64,000 nucleotides of DNA from assembly GCF_001949145.1 (NCBI RefSeq), contig NW_019091355.1:2131107-2195106 (forward strand). Reading direction: 5' to 3'. The notes below the pieces were generated by a model. That model saw only the letters and a program-made list of their open reading frames with translations. It was not told where the DNA came from and ran no database searches. This document shows, piece by piece, positions 1 through 12,140 of the stretch; the stretch's first letter is position 1; every line of letters begins with the position of its first letter. Origin of the DNA: Acanthaster planci. Taxonomy: Eukaryota. Both the position numbers and the translations under genes were made by a program.

Positions 1-533
1 ATGACCTAGTCATGAGTGTGATTCCTCCACGATAATGGTTTTTAGTCCTAGTTGCTTAACTCATCCATGCATCGCTCTCATCAGACGCCTTCTTTGTAGG
101 AATGTGGCAACTGCGCACACAACGCCAGTAGGTGTGTGCGCGCGCAGTGTGCAATCTTATCTAAAATAGCTTGCGTACTGATCCAAACATGTTCGAAATA
201 TGATGCAGCGCGATTCGCGTCACAAAAATTGAAGTAAAAATGCCAGTGCACGTGGCAATCAGTAAGAAGTGTGATATCATCAGAGAGACCTATATCTCTT
301 TATAGGCACTGTGTATGAAAAGATGAGATGGAATATGTTTTACCTTACGGTGATAACCTTCTCGGTGTTCGTGCATTTTTTCTGCGTGTCTAGCATACGC
401 AGACATATCATCTTTGCACCTGTCACATTTACTTTTCACGCAAGCCTCTGTGTCTGTCTCCGTGAAAGTGAGACTTGAGCAGGGAACAGATAACAGGACT
501 CCAGATAATGCCCTTTGATTACGCTGTTGGCAG

Positions 534-669
534 GATCTACCAGAATTGCTTTGAGATGCTGCTGCGGACCATGCTGAAGTTTGAGCCGGACCAGCGGGGA
601 GGAAGCAAGGACCCGGCAACGCAACGGCCTCAGTGCTTTGCCTTCCTGGACAAGATGATAGCCATGCAT
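534..669 (+). CDS. IKBKB: IKK exon: C-terminal end of kinase domain
   Basis: ttggcag|G ATC TAC ... ATG CAT|gtgagt; IYQNCFEMLLRTMLKFEPDQRGGSKDPATQRPQCFAFLDKMIAMH. Confidence 0.85.
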
Positions 670-3600
670 GTGAGTGCTTCCCACGGAAATAGCGCGTCTG
701 ATTTCTTTCCTCACACTCACCCTTGATGTCGTCACAGATTTAAGCCAGAATGAGCAATAGGTGATACTATAACACACCTCGTCCTGGTTCTTTATCCTGG
801 TTGGCTGAAATATGGTAATGTGTGGTTCACTAATACAAGTTAGTGCCTGTACATGAATTTGATGTCAGCTTGACTCGACGCCTAGACATTGCGCACGCAT
901 CAATTCCAGAGACTAGTGCCCGGTCAGGCAATAGTCTTGAAAATTTTTGACTGGTTATTGTGCTGTCTGGAGGTTGCCATGGCTCATTTCAAAACATTGA
1001 ATTGAAACAGTTAAAACCCTTGGAAGATTATTTTCCTAGTTGTATACAGCGACTCAAAATTAGACTACGTCTGTGAAAACTGAAATGAACCGTTCAATAT
1101 TTGCAATTTTTGAAATGGTATTGAGTGAAAAGTTGAATGTAAACAGTTAAAACCTTGATAGAATAGTTTTCCATTTGAGGTGTGTTATAAACATATATAT
1201 AGACTAGCCAAATTTGGTCACTAGTGCACACCTATGCCCCCTTGGGCCTGTGAGTCACTCACAGACTGGTGTGGACATAGACGTGCACTAGTGATCTCAT
1301 TGCCAGTTCATACGTGTATAGTAAACGAACCATCTTGGGTTACGCAAAGTGCCCCAACTGAGGTATTAGAGATTAAATTTGCGAAATGAAGTTGAACTTT
1401 TGAAAGCAACATATATCCACACATTTCTGGCTTTGATTTCACGTATTTTACATTGTGTCAATGTGCCTTACATGTAACAGCTTTTTTGACTACCATTGCT
1501 AAACCAAACTACAATGTTTTTGCATTGCATTGTGGGAGGCTTCCGTTAGTAACAGGCCTGGCAGGTCAGTTACTTGGGCCAGTACAGCATATTTCAGTTG
1601 ACCAGAATAAACCAAGACAAAGCCAACTTCCAGCTCTCCATTCAAAACTATTTAAAAGGTGAACTGGTACCCAGCAGCTTCTAACTGCAGCGTGCATGAA
1701 TGCGTTGCCTCCAGACCAGAGATGTATATCTATATATAGACACAGGAGGGCCAGCGTCAGACTTTGAAACCAAAATCGCTGTTTGTTACGAGTGCAGTAC
1801 AGCATGCAGGTATTGTGTGCTGATTGTTCATGTGCACTGACACAATCCACTGTTTTGGTTCCATCAATTGAGATGCTCATGTAGCAACTCTCTGTAAACA
1901 GCTCTGCTCCAGACTAACAAACACTGCCCTCATGTGTGCTTGAAGTGACCGATTAGAGAATTTCTCTTTCTCTGTTTCACACCCACGCAGGTGGTCAACG
2001 TGCTGTACATGAACACGGACACGCTGTATAACTACGCCATTCGTGACGTGGACACCATCAGCTGTATACACAAACAGCTGGAGAAGGACACTGGGGTTCC
2101 AGTCAGCGAGCAAGACATCCTCCTGCCCACCGGCCAATCGGTGGATGCGACCAAATTGGCTGTCCATTACACCCAGGGAGAGGTAGGTATGACCCGAGAG
2201 GTAGCGGCTGATTTTTTCTAAGTATTGTGCATTTTGGGTGATGAAACCAAGTATTCCTGTTCACGGTAATTTATCTCACAAGCTTAAAGAAAGCTGCATT
2301 GAGCTGAAAATGAAAGAATATTCAGTTCTAAAGGTGTTCAAAAACCTCTGCATAAATCTTTTAAGGTAATCATTGGAATCAGGCAGGAACTTACCGTAGC
2401 TGCTATCTTGCAGTACAGTTCTTTTATTCCTCAAGAAAACCTCCTTTGCATATACCCCTGGAACAAAAGCACTGGCCTACAAAATGGCAGCCATGCAAAC
2501 CCTCTACCGGTAGGAGAGGTTAATGATGCAAGATTGGTACGGAAGTCTGTATGCCGCACTGGTTTGTACAAACATCTTGACTCTGATAACGGGCAGTAAC
2601 ATACGTGCTGATGAGACATGGATAACTTAATACTGTTATTGGCTTCCAAAGGGGCCCACATGTTTACCTGGCTGCAGCCACGACTCTCAGAGACAATCTC
2701 ATTTTTATTCAGACCAGGAGCCAATTTCACGAAACTTTAGCAATGGCTTAACTCCACGTACGCAACATTTTACTGCATAAGTTGCACAGCAAAGTAAATT
2801 CGATTTCACAAAACGTACACACTGCATAAGTCTGCAACTTACGGGACAAATTATTGCGTAACTTACGCAGTTATTTTAGGTGGCATAACTCAAGCCAAAC
2901 AAAGCAAAAATGATCAATTTGACCAGCTTATCATGTTTGGTTATGCCTCATCATTGCTGAACCTAACAAGGCTTATACGAGAGACAAACACTTTGTTGAA
3001 AAGAAATAAGAAATTGGTTTGGCTGTGAGAAAACGAAGAAAAGATGAAAACGTTTTCAAAATGGCGGGCGGAGGTGATTCAATGACTGTTTGATGACTGT
3101 TGTTATATTGGACAAGAACAGCCATCGTAAAAACCATTTTTGTCCTCGTCCAAGAAATTTGATATTATTAAAACATGGTGCAGCTATGCAACTTCTTGTG
3201 AAATCAAATGTGAGTATATTACACAGCTATGGCATAAATTTGTCTCGCAAGGCTTATGCATGGTTCAAAGTTACACCACGTTTCGTGAAATCGGCTGCAG
3301 GAAGCTTAACCTCTCAATCTGTGTCGAAATGGAGTAGCTATGGCTAGGGACAGTATAGACACCAACAGTAGCTGCTAGTCAGTGACTGCAGCCACTTCCT
3401 ACAAACATCGGTAATACTACCTCATGAGTGAAAACTTACGGAATGCTTTCTTTCCAAATGAGCTCTGAAGAGTTAACAGCCTTTACTTAAATGGGATTTT
3501 TTTTAATGTTTGTTGCTTTACAGTACCAGCCAGGTTTCATGATGTTCCTGTTCCACAGGGGTAACGTTCCAGAGACCTTGCCGTCAAAACCGAAACCAGA

Positions 3601-6600
3601 TCGAGTCAACATGATCAGTAAGTGAATGCATCCATGCAGTATGGGCGTCCATGCTAATTGTTTCTAGCAGAATTGCTGCACTGTTGAATCACTCCAATTG
3701 TTTTTAACAGTCCAGGAACCGAAGACGCTGCTCAACTACAATGACAGGAAGAAATGCTGGGGCCAGGCTGTCTTCTTCTGCAGCCAGCAGGCCAGAGAGG
3801 CATCCAGGCTATTGGAGGGTGCTAGGGCTTCAATGTAAGATCATTAGATTGACCTACATTGATCTAGAGAAGTCTTGAAGTCGCTTTTATGAATTTGACT
3901 GATGCACATAAGCAGACGAAAAATACATCTGTTTGCAGATTTTTCCCCAATGTTCTGTGGAATTCATCTTTTACAAATTGGACCTTGTCCTTGTATGTAC
4001 GCCATCTGATTGCAGTTTTGCTAATACGGAAACAACAGTGTCTATCAAACTGATTTGCATAATAGATTTAGTTATTAGGACAGGTAACTGCTTTACCATC
4101 ACGTATTTCCGTAAATGAGTGGCTTCGGAAAGCAACTTTACCACAAAGAATAAACCATTTTCTACCATGTAGTGTTGGGAATAATGAGAATATGCTTTGT
4201 TGTCGAAAACTATGAGGTTGTTTTGTTTGTTGTCAATGAATTTGTGACGCGAAGAATTTGAATAAGATGCTTGCTGTGACGTGAGGAGAGTCATTTCCCC
4301 ATGTCTGTTGTCCTTGGACTCAAACAGACTCCAGTCAGGTCAAGCATGCATGCAGTGACCTGGTGGAGTCAAGTTTTAGTAATACTCATCGAGACTCAAG
4401 TTAGTCAAGTCAGCAAACATTGTGATTCGAGCGGGATGGTTGACCCGAATTCATTCCAACTCTGGCAGGTTGTGCATCATGCGCTTGAACCATCAGCTGA
4501 CTGGCTTGCACAAGGACATGATGGGGCAAATGCACAAGCTGGAAGCCAAGCAAGACATGTTCCGCTCCAGCCTAGAATTCGACATCGATTCCTACGCGGT
4601 CCAGTCCCCTACTGGAATCAGTAAGTTCTTGCCTCGAGATCTGTAGATTCAAACAGGGGCCCGTGATTTTCAGGAGTTTTCAACCAAAAATTTCCGGATT
4701 TTCTTTTAGATTTTTACACAAGTTCATTGAATTTATGTTTTGTCATTAAAGTTGCCTTCAAAATTAGGGCTTTCCATCAAGAAATTGAACGTTTTGTTTA
4801 AGTGGTTACTTGTGGCACATTTAAAAACTTCTTCATGCATTGATGATGTATTCTGTGCACTTGAGCAAATTCAGAACATGATCTTTAAAAGCTTCTTGTG
4901 AGAGATAGCATTTTTTCTTGAACTTGCAGCCTCAGAGAAAATGTTCCGCAGCTGGAAGAGTGCTGAGAGAGAAATAGTGGAAGACTTCGATGCGGTAAGT
5001 CTGTTCATACAGATTTTGACCTATAGGTGTGTCCTACATTAAAACATGTGAGCCTCTTTAGTTACGGAATAACTTTCGGGGCTTTACATTGCCGAGATGT
5101 TTCAGGACCTCCACGGAGCCAGTCATTAGACAAACAAAACCTGTTAATGAATAAGGAAGGACTAATCAGTTGAAAACATCTCAAATACACTACTCAAAAA
5201 AGTTAAGGACCACTTCTTATTTTGTATATACTTTTTATCTGAGATATTTTATTGCTGAAAATGTGCATTTGATGTTTTGAAACTTTTTTTGAAGTTTTTA
5301 TTCCAATGGGAACACGGTCTAGACAAAAAAAAAATGAAAGAACTAGACCCCACTCATTGCTTGGAAAAAAAATTTACTGATTAAGAAAAAAGTGACCCTT
5401 AACGTTTTTTTTGATTGGTGTACATCAACCAATGGGCAGAAGATGAAAATTTTGTATAAAGTAGCAGGGAAGCTTTAATTTTCTTTTGCTTGGTTTTCTC
5501 ATCTCCAGTTGAGGAGAGTGTACGTCCTGAATGGTCAGGTCAACATCACGCAGACTAAGATTGTGGAGCTGCAGAAGAGTCCATTTTCGAGGCAGAAGCA
5601 GGTGGAAGGCCTCGTAGAAGTGTGAGTGTCTTGGGACGTTTAATGAACATTAATGCACGGATCAATTCAAGTGTTATTTAATTAAATACTCAGGAAGCCT
5701 TCAGTAAACGTTGGAAGACTTAACTGTGACATTGTGCAAAGTTCTTGCCTAAAAGTTGCGTGATTTATTCGAATTGTGACCGGATCTCACAAAACGAGAT
5801 GAAGGCCAATTTTTTTTTCCAGGTAATCTTTTGTTTTAGTTTGCATTCAGAAGAGCATACCGAGCTGTTTGTTTTGATATATCACTCTGTTTGGCATCCT
5901 GAAGGAGATAGATATAATTTAGGTGGGAACATGCTGAGGGTTTCCATCGATTCACTTTGTACAAGATTTACTTGAAGACTTTTAACTCTGAGTCGCTCTT
6001 GTGTCTTGTGACATTCTGTTAAGTTTCGTCACAGCAGACTGATCCGGTGAGCCCCGCCCACCGTGCACTTGGGTACTTAGCACGTGTGCTCTCCAAATGC
6101 TGTATCACAGGTTCTAACCACGTGCATTATATGCGCAGGCAAACCACACATGTCAGACTTTTTCACATGCATGCCGGACAAAAATCATGGCTGTGATTGG
6201 TTAAAACAATGGGGCGGGGCTTCAGTCTGTTGAATTTTGTGTTACAGCTGTTCTACCTTAACGCACTATTGCAGCTGCGTGATATCACCAGAGACCCATA
6301 GTCACCTTTTGCCTCCCTGCAAGGTAACCATTTATACAGAATCCTTAAACCCAGTTTGGGCCCACGTTATACAACAGTTTGAAAGGAGAGCTTTACAAAC
6401 TAACTTAGGCGAGAGCTGCTTTTTCTAACATTGTTCACACTTGTCTTTTTTACATCTGTAGTGATATAGCAGCCCAGAAGCTGTATCGTGAACTGCAGCA
6501 AAGTAAAAGTAAGGACGCTCAAAAATCCCTCTTTGTCTCTCTTCCTGCAGTTGTCAAGTTCACTTTTTGAAGTTTCTAAGTCCCAGAGGATGGTGTGTTG

Positions 6601-7945
6601 ATACCCTTGAACCTGTCCGAGAGCACCAGTAACTTAAAATCTTCGAACATTTTGTAAAGGAAGCATGGACTCAAGTAACGGTTAACACTGTGATCATTCC
6701 ATGTATTTAGTCTGTCTGCACAAAGTACTCAGTGTTACCCTTGGATCAGTGGTTAAATCCAACCATCAAAGGCACTTCCAATCAGTGAGTGAATTGACGG
6801 TTTCATTCCCCCTAATCTCTCCACTTTGTTTCCTGTCGCAGGTGGTGAAGCAGGTTGCACCTTCCAAGACAGCTCCAAGATGCAGAACCTTCTCATCAAA
6901 AGTATCAACTACAGAAATAAACAGACCAAGGAACTCTTTGGTCACCTAAAGTGAGTTTGCTGGCGTATCACAAGTAAAATGGATGCAGTAACAACATGAA
7001 GCTGTAAAATTTCCAGTGAGCCTTTATTTTGCAGAACAGCTGATCTCCATTTGATGCTTGTTCCTTTTTGATTCCAAATGTAGCAAATTGGTATCGTGCA
7101 AAGTGGAGGCCGAAAGACTGGTTCCTCAAATCGCTAACAGCGTGGACGAGATGAGTAACCTGGAGAAGCGGATGATCGCCCACCAGCACCAAAGGCAAAA
7201 GGATATCTGGACGCTGCTTAAACACGCTGTAAGTCTTGTTCTTAGACTGGGATCTAGTTTACTTCCGGTCCAGTACTGTAGTTGCATTGTTTTTCCCCCA
7301 AGTTCTCTAGTCCCCAGTCCTAAAACGTTTACATGCACTCAACAGATTACTCTCATTGGCTTCAACAGTATTCACTTTGTCATCAGATTTAAGTACACGT
7401 TAACCTCTGCATGTTCACGGATTCCAGCCTCCTTTAACTTGTGCATTTTTCCCTCCGTGTTGTCATCTCGCAGGTTAACAAAGTGCATAATGCTGTTTCT
7501 CCACCGGTGAGCACGGCAAGCATACACTACAGCCGTCAGCCTTCGTCATCCTCGGTTAGCAGCTCCAGCTCAGCCACACCCTTGCAGAGCCTCGGAAGCA
7601 AACCGCTGCAAGACTCGCTCGTGCTAATGAACCAGAGCTCCGTGACAAGAAGCAAGTAAGTATTAAAAAATAAGGGGCAGAACAAAGACAGAGATAATGA
7701 TGTGACAACTTAGAGGCAGTAGTCGCTTTGAGATGAAGAAGTGGTGGCAGAAGTGGGATGCATGTGGCAAAAACAAGGTCATGTTCGAAAGGCCAATAAA
7801 TTGATCCCTCTGACCTTTTCTGCTGCATCCCTGCAGGTTTGATGATGTCTGCGAGAGCATCAAAGTTGAACAAGAAGAGTTGTTGGAGGTCACAGAATCT
7901 GGACAGTGGCAGTTCTTGAACAACTTCCCAAGCAATGCTCAGTAA
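534..7945 (+). CDS. IKBKB: IkappaB kinase (IKK-alpha/beta family), 5'-partial; 12 exons in window, ~488 aa
   Basis: Exons 534-669, 1991-2182, 3524-3617, 3711-3834, 4469-4620, 4930-4994, 5509-5621, 6462-6508, 6842-6950, 7084-7228, 7474-7655 and 7837-7945 all have AG/GT boundaries, and their phases join in one frame ending in TAA. Peptides are collinear with human IKK-beta as recalled: MLKFEPDQRG...CFAFLDKM; ULD VNVLYMNT...LEKDTGVPVSEQDILL; QEPK...KKCWGQ; KLEAKQDMFRSSLEFDIDSY; IVELQKSPFSR; AQKLYREL; RQKDIWTLLKHA. Alpha versus beta orthology cannot be resolved from sequence alone. Confidence 0.93.
1991..2182 (+). CDS. IKBKB: IKK exon: ubiquitin-like domain
   Basis: cacgcag|GTG ... GAG|gtaggt; VVNVLYMNTDTLYNYAIRDVDTISCIHKQLEKDTGVPVSEQDILLPTGQSVDATKLAVHYTQGE. 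Confidence 0.92.
2718..3297. mobile_element. MITE (possibly PIF/Harbinger-type) in IKK intron
   Basis: TIRs agccaatttcacgaaac (2719-2735) / gtttcgtgaaatcggct (3280-3296), 1 mismatch; flanked by CAG on both sides. Confidence 0.7.
3524..3617 (+). CDS. IKBKB: IKK exon: end of ULD and linker
   Basis: tttacag|TAC ... ATC A|gtaagt; YQPGFMMFLFHRGNVPETLPSKPKPDRVNMI. Confidence 0.88.
3711..3834 (+). CDS. IKBKB: IKK exon: scaffold/dimerization domain start
   Basis: ttaacag|TC CAG ... AT|gtaaga; QEPKTLLNYNDRKKCWGQAVFFCSQQAREASRLLEGARAS. Confidence 0.9.
4469..4620 (+). CDS. IKBKB: IKK exon: leucine-zipper region of scaffold domain
   Basis: tggcag|G TTG ... ATC A|gtaagt; LCIMRLNHQLTGLHKDMMGQMHKLEAKQDMFRSSLEFDIDSYAVQSPTGI. 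Confidence 0.9.
4930..4994 (+). CDS. IKBKB: IKK exon
   Basis: ttgcag|CC TCA ... GCG|gtaagt; SEKMFRSWKSAEREIVEDFDA. Confidence 0.88.
5188..5420. mobile_element. Short non-autonomous Tc1/mariner-type element
   Basis: TA|cactactcaaaaaagttaagg ... ccttaacgttttttttgattggtg|TA; same terminus as 17352-18078. Confidence 0.6.
5509..5621 (+). CDS. IKBKB: IKK exon
   Basis: ctccag|TTG ... GT|gtgagt; LRRVYVLNGQVNITQTKIVELQKSPFSRQKQVEGLVE. Confidence 0.88.
6032..6232. mobile_element. MITE-like element
   Basis: cagcagactga...agccccgccc / gggcggggct tcagtctgttg inverted termini. Confidence 0.5.
6462..6508 (+). CDS. IKBKB: IKK exon (47 nt)
   Basis: ctgtag|T GAT ... AAA A|gtaagg; DIAAQKLYRELQQSK. Confidence 0.82.
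6842..6950 (+). CDS. IKBKB: IKK exon
   Basis: tcgcag|GT GGT ... AA|gtgagt; GEAGCTFQDSSKMQNLLIKSINYRNKQTKELFGHL. Confidence 0.87.
7084..7228 (+). CDS. IKBKB: IKK exon: HLH region of scaffold domain
   Basis: atgtag|C AAA ... GCT|gtaagt; KLVSCKVEAERLVPQIANSVDEMSNLEKRMIAHQHQRQKDIWTLLKHA. Confidence 0.9.
7474..7655 (+). CDS. IKBKB: IKK exon: serine-rich C-terminal region
   Basis: tcgcag|GTT ... AA|gtaagt; VNKVHNAVSPPVSTASIHYSRQPSSSSVSSSSSATPLQSLGSKPLQDSLVLMNQSSVTRS. Confidence 0.85.
7837..7945 (+). CDS. IKBKB: IKK last coding exon: NEMO-binding-domain region
   Basis: ctgcag|G TTT ... CAG TAA; FDDVCESIKVEQEELLEVTESGQWQFLNNFPSNAQ*. Confidence 0.85.
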
Positions 7946-10900
7946 AGAGACCCATGGAAGAGCAAGTCCACAAATAGGTGGGTTTAGCTTTAAGTTCATG
8001 GCTGACCAGTTCATCATGGACATTATGTCAGCCAGAATTAATGAGCAATCTGCTTATGTCTTTGTTCCTGTCTCTCATTTATTCAGATCTTTACCAGTCG
8101 TACCTTCTGGTTACCTATCCATTCTGGATATCTGAAAAGCATCTCATATACTTCTGTGTTGCAATGATAGGGCGCTGTGCAACTAGTCAACTGTCTTCCT
8201 CGTCTCTAACTTCTTTTTGGAGCATGCAGTCTGCTTGACCTCAAACACCCACTATAGAAAAACACACGGCTAAAGAGTCCCACTCCATGACTGAAAAATT
8301 CTTACTCTGCTCTATTACATTCTCAAACTGCCCAATTGTTTCTTGGACTGTTTGTGTACAGTTCCAATATTCAAAGGCAGTATAATGACTAATGTAAGTC
8401 TGGTTTTGTTCGTTGTGAGACCAAGTATCGAGTGTGTGTATACTTCTCATAGCTTTGTTCACCAAGTTGTCCCTAGTGAACATGGTTGTAATAATTGTTT
8501 TTATGAGAGCATTAAAACAGCTCTCATGTGATGTTTGCAACCTTGAATCTTGTAGAGCAGTAAGGGACAGTTGCCGTCAGATGCCATAGTCAGGGTGTGT
8601 AGTTTGGCACCACAAACCGTCATGGGTATAAGGTGCCAGACGTCCCATCGGGGGAATCACAGACTAAGAGTACAGCTCTTTATTAGCCAAGCAAATGTTT
8701 GGTTGGTTCAGAGCGTAAACACCAAAAGTTCCTTTTGTTTGTAAATTTCTGAAAAATACACCAAATAGGTCCATCTGGCTTTGGGAATTATATATGGCTT
8801 GGAGCAACAAGTAAAAGTTGTTGAGAGGGACAGAACTCTGCAATGGATTAACGTGTATTATTCCTTTCAGTGAGAACTTGGGTTTCTCTTTTGGAATAAG
8901 CACCTACATGCCTGTCAAGTGGAGTGTGTATTTTGATGCTTCGGCCGAAATTTATGACACCAAAAAAAAAACCAGATTGTTGAAAAAAAATGTTGATAGG
9001 TCGGTTAAGAGGTCTTATTTGGAAATGGCCTGAACGCAAGTGTACATAATATGTATTTTAAAGCCCGCATGTTTGTAAATGGAGCATGTCTCTGATCTCT
9101 TGGAATAAACCTGCTCTTGGCAAACATGACACATTTATATTCCTTGTTAAGTGTCCTGTGATTTGTGATGTGTTTTCAAACATGAGGGTCTATTTTACGC
9201 AGATGGAGATTCCAAACCAAAAAAAAAGAAGAAAAGAACGCTGTTTCCCATTTTGTGGGGAAAGCAGGCTGATGGTAATGTTCAATACTAGAGCTTTGTG
9301 TTCGTTCGGTTACCAATGCGAGGTCACATAATGGGCTTCAGATTTGAAGACTAATTTTTTCGCCGGTCATCGGGAAAGCTGGTTGGACCGTGGTCCATCT
9401 CTGACGTGTATTGAATAACAGAGTCCAAAGGGGAAATTGGAATTCTCCCGAAAATAACTTTCAGGCTCAGCCCGATCACTAAAACAAAACACGGCGATTT
9501 CCGAGTGTTTGTTTTATATTTCTGAGTGCATTAAGTCCCAAAAGCGAGCATTTCCGGTTGTTTGTGTCACGCATTCGTGGTTGCCAAGGCAACTTCGTCG
9601 ACGAGAATTGGAGAGCGTGCACTGCGTATGAACGCGGTGTGCTCGATACTAAAAATAACAATTCCTCTGTACACTTGACGATACCACTTAATCCCTTATT
9701 TTTCGAAAATTTGTAGCAGAACTGATCTATTATTAGATCACGTTTAATTACATTATCGATGATGTACATGTATCCAGTCCCAGCGTATGATTATTTAGCC
9801 TGGATTTGGGCCTGACAGGTTGACGCCTCAAGGCCCATGGTTCCTTTGTGAGTTGTATCTACAGTGATTTTCAAGGGTTGAAATGTTTGCCTTCAAAGGA
9901 GCTTGATGGGGTTCTGGAAGTCGATTGGAAAGAGCTTTTTGATGTACTCTGCGGTGGGTCGGCATGAGACATGTAATGAAAGCATTTTGTTTCTCGGAGT
10001 TTCTGTTGTGACAGCACAGTTGCCCTTTTTTGTAACCTCGTTGAAGAACACAAAACTATTATTTGAGACTGAGTGAATCTATAAATGTCGCCTAATTTAT
10101 GTCTTGATCCCAGTGTTTAATTAAATTGGACAAGACCTCAAATCCACGAAAAGACGGAAGTATCATTATTTATTGTCCCAAGAATCTGCCTTTTGTAGTC
10201 AGTCTGTGGCTGGATAGAATGGCATTTGTATCTTCGATTATTAAACTTCACAATTTAGATGGAGGATGACGATCACGAGGTTATCTATCAACAGTCATTA
10301 TCTTGTCACTAATGCCTCGGTGAAACCTTGTCACTACTTCTACATTAATTTTTTTTTTCAAGTCGGGATCACTCCGTTTCGAAGATCAAATCTCAAGTGC
10401 CACTCGAGTGGAGAGGCCGCCTCTCGATTAATCAGTGTGGATGGCGGTATTTGCTTTGAAATTTGGCATGCATTCGTGATACGAGAGGATGAAGTTGTGA
10501 TTATTTTGCTTGAACACGGCGATTGGAATGTTTGGGTACACTGAGGTTGCATATTTCCCGAGGCTGGGGCACAGAATATCAGGCCCAGTTCAACGTCTAC
10601 AAATATTTATGATGTGATACGAGGAGCTTGTTCAAGCAAAAATACGCGCGGGTATTGCCTTAGGTGGAGTGTGGTTGCGGGTACCGCTTTGGCTCTCAAC
10701 ATTTAAATGGTTCGCCAATAATATGGGCCTCGAGCTTAATTGACCAAGAGAGAGCAACGGAGGTTCCATTGGTAGGTTATGCCATCTGCCGCGAGCTGAA
10801 GTGTACCCCCAATCAGCGAAAGAAAGACAGGCGGTTACAAGCGAGTTCTTGCACGCTTTCTGCGTGTACGCAAAGACCATATCATGCCGGAATAAATTAG

Positions 10901-11049
10901 TTACACGTACTCAGCGTGCTCCGCGTCAACGCGCAATACTTGCGCGCCTCATGGCGCGTCTATGCGGCGAGTACCCCAAAAAGCACGCCCTCTGTTGTCC
11001 AGAATATCATATAAAATCGGTGCTCTGCCGAGCATTCGTTGCTGAGTAC

Positions 11050-12140
11050 TATGGCGGACCGACTACGGACAGACACACCATATGCAAACAACACGTGTGT
11101 GCGGTGGGGTGGCACGTCAGAAGTACATGTGCTCGTTGAGTGACGGTCGGGGTTGTAAATGGTCCGTGGTCGGACTGAGCACATGGTAGTCGCTTTAATC
11201 ACGGACCCGTTTGTTTTCGCAATTTTAAATGTATCATCAAGACAACACGTAAGAAATTATTAGTCCCTGAGGAATTGCTGGCAACCTACGTCACGTGATA
11301 TCATGGTGACATGGAGTAGGCCTTATTTTATAGGCCAACACGTAAGTACAATAATGTACATGTATATGTAATTTGCTTTTGTTATTCCACAGTTAAGTTA
11401 TACAGGAATAAAATTCATAGGCAAGTCGTTTTGTACACGTCCTTGGGGGTTGATTTTGGATCATCTTAATTTGACCTTGAGATTTTACACGCGGAAGTTT
11501 TTAGAGTTTTTAGAATTTTATTGTATGTAATTTGTGAATTTTTGTGTAATTAGTGAAGTGTACTATGTACATGTATCCTACTAAATGAGGAATAAGTTTA
11601 TTAATACCTGTATTACTATTAGTTATTTTTTTATTTTCGATATTAATTATTTTTATAAGCAGCTGATAATCAGTGTCCTGTCCCGTTAAAGTCCATATTT
11701 ATTTTGGTCTGATAGCATCTTAGGAGGGCCTCACGAGTGAGTATTAAAGTTTGCTTCTTGGCAATCCCACAGGGGTGTTACCAGAATTGTACTGTGGTTT
11801 TTTTGTAATTTTCCATCTTTATAGTTTTATGATTGTAGTCTCAGTCCTGATGTACGTAAGAATGAGACCACGGAGAAAGGAAAAGACCATGTTGGGATTA
11901 ATCCTCCTAGGAGTAGGACTAGGATCAACTCTTGGCATGCCTACACTCACTGCCTGCAGTACATATGTGCATGGCCCATTTCTGCAAAAATGACATGAGT
12001 AACTTCAGTTGGCCTATATATATGCCCACTTCCTTTGCACACATCTTGCAAATTGTTTATCCCTCCCAAGCGAGTTGTTGGGTGTGATGAGGTGCTCACG
12101 TGCAGCTGTAATACTAGGCCGTCCCATATGATATAAGCCC
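11050..12140 (+). repeat. Left arm of long diverged inverted repeat (partner 24618-25158)
   Basis: Exact anchors to the reverse complement of the partner: tgcaaacaacacgtg (11083-11097), gaaaagaccatgttg (11880-11894), gtaggactaggatcaac (11913-11929), aaaatgacatgagtaactt (11987-12005). An extra ~450-nt AT-rich insert lies at ~11425-11879. Confidence 0.9.

Noticed and set aside
475..533. N-terminal part of ORF 475-726 as IKK coding sequence
   Set aside because: Similarity to IKK starts after the cag acceptor at 531-533; the upstream part is probably intron.
11751..11993. Similar ORFs at 11751-11993 (+) and 24622-24933 (-) (EKTML...VGLGST) as a conserved protein pair
   Set aside because: The similarity reflects the DNA inverted repeat. 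The segments lie downstream of the shared splice donor and the reading frame is not maintained.
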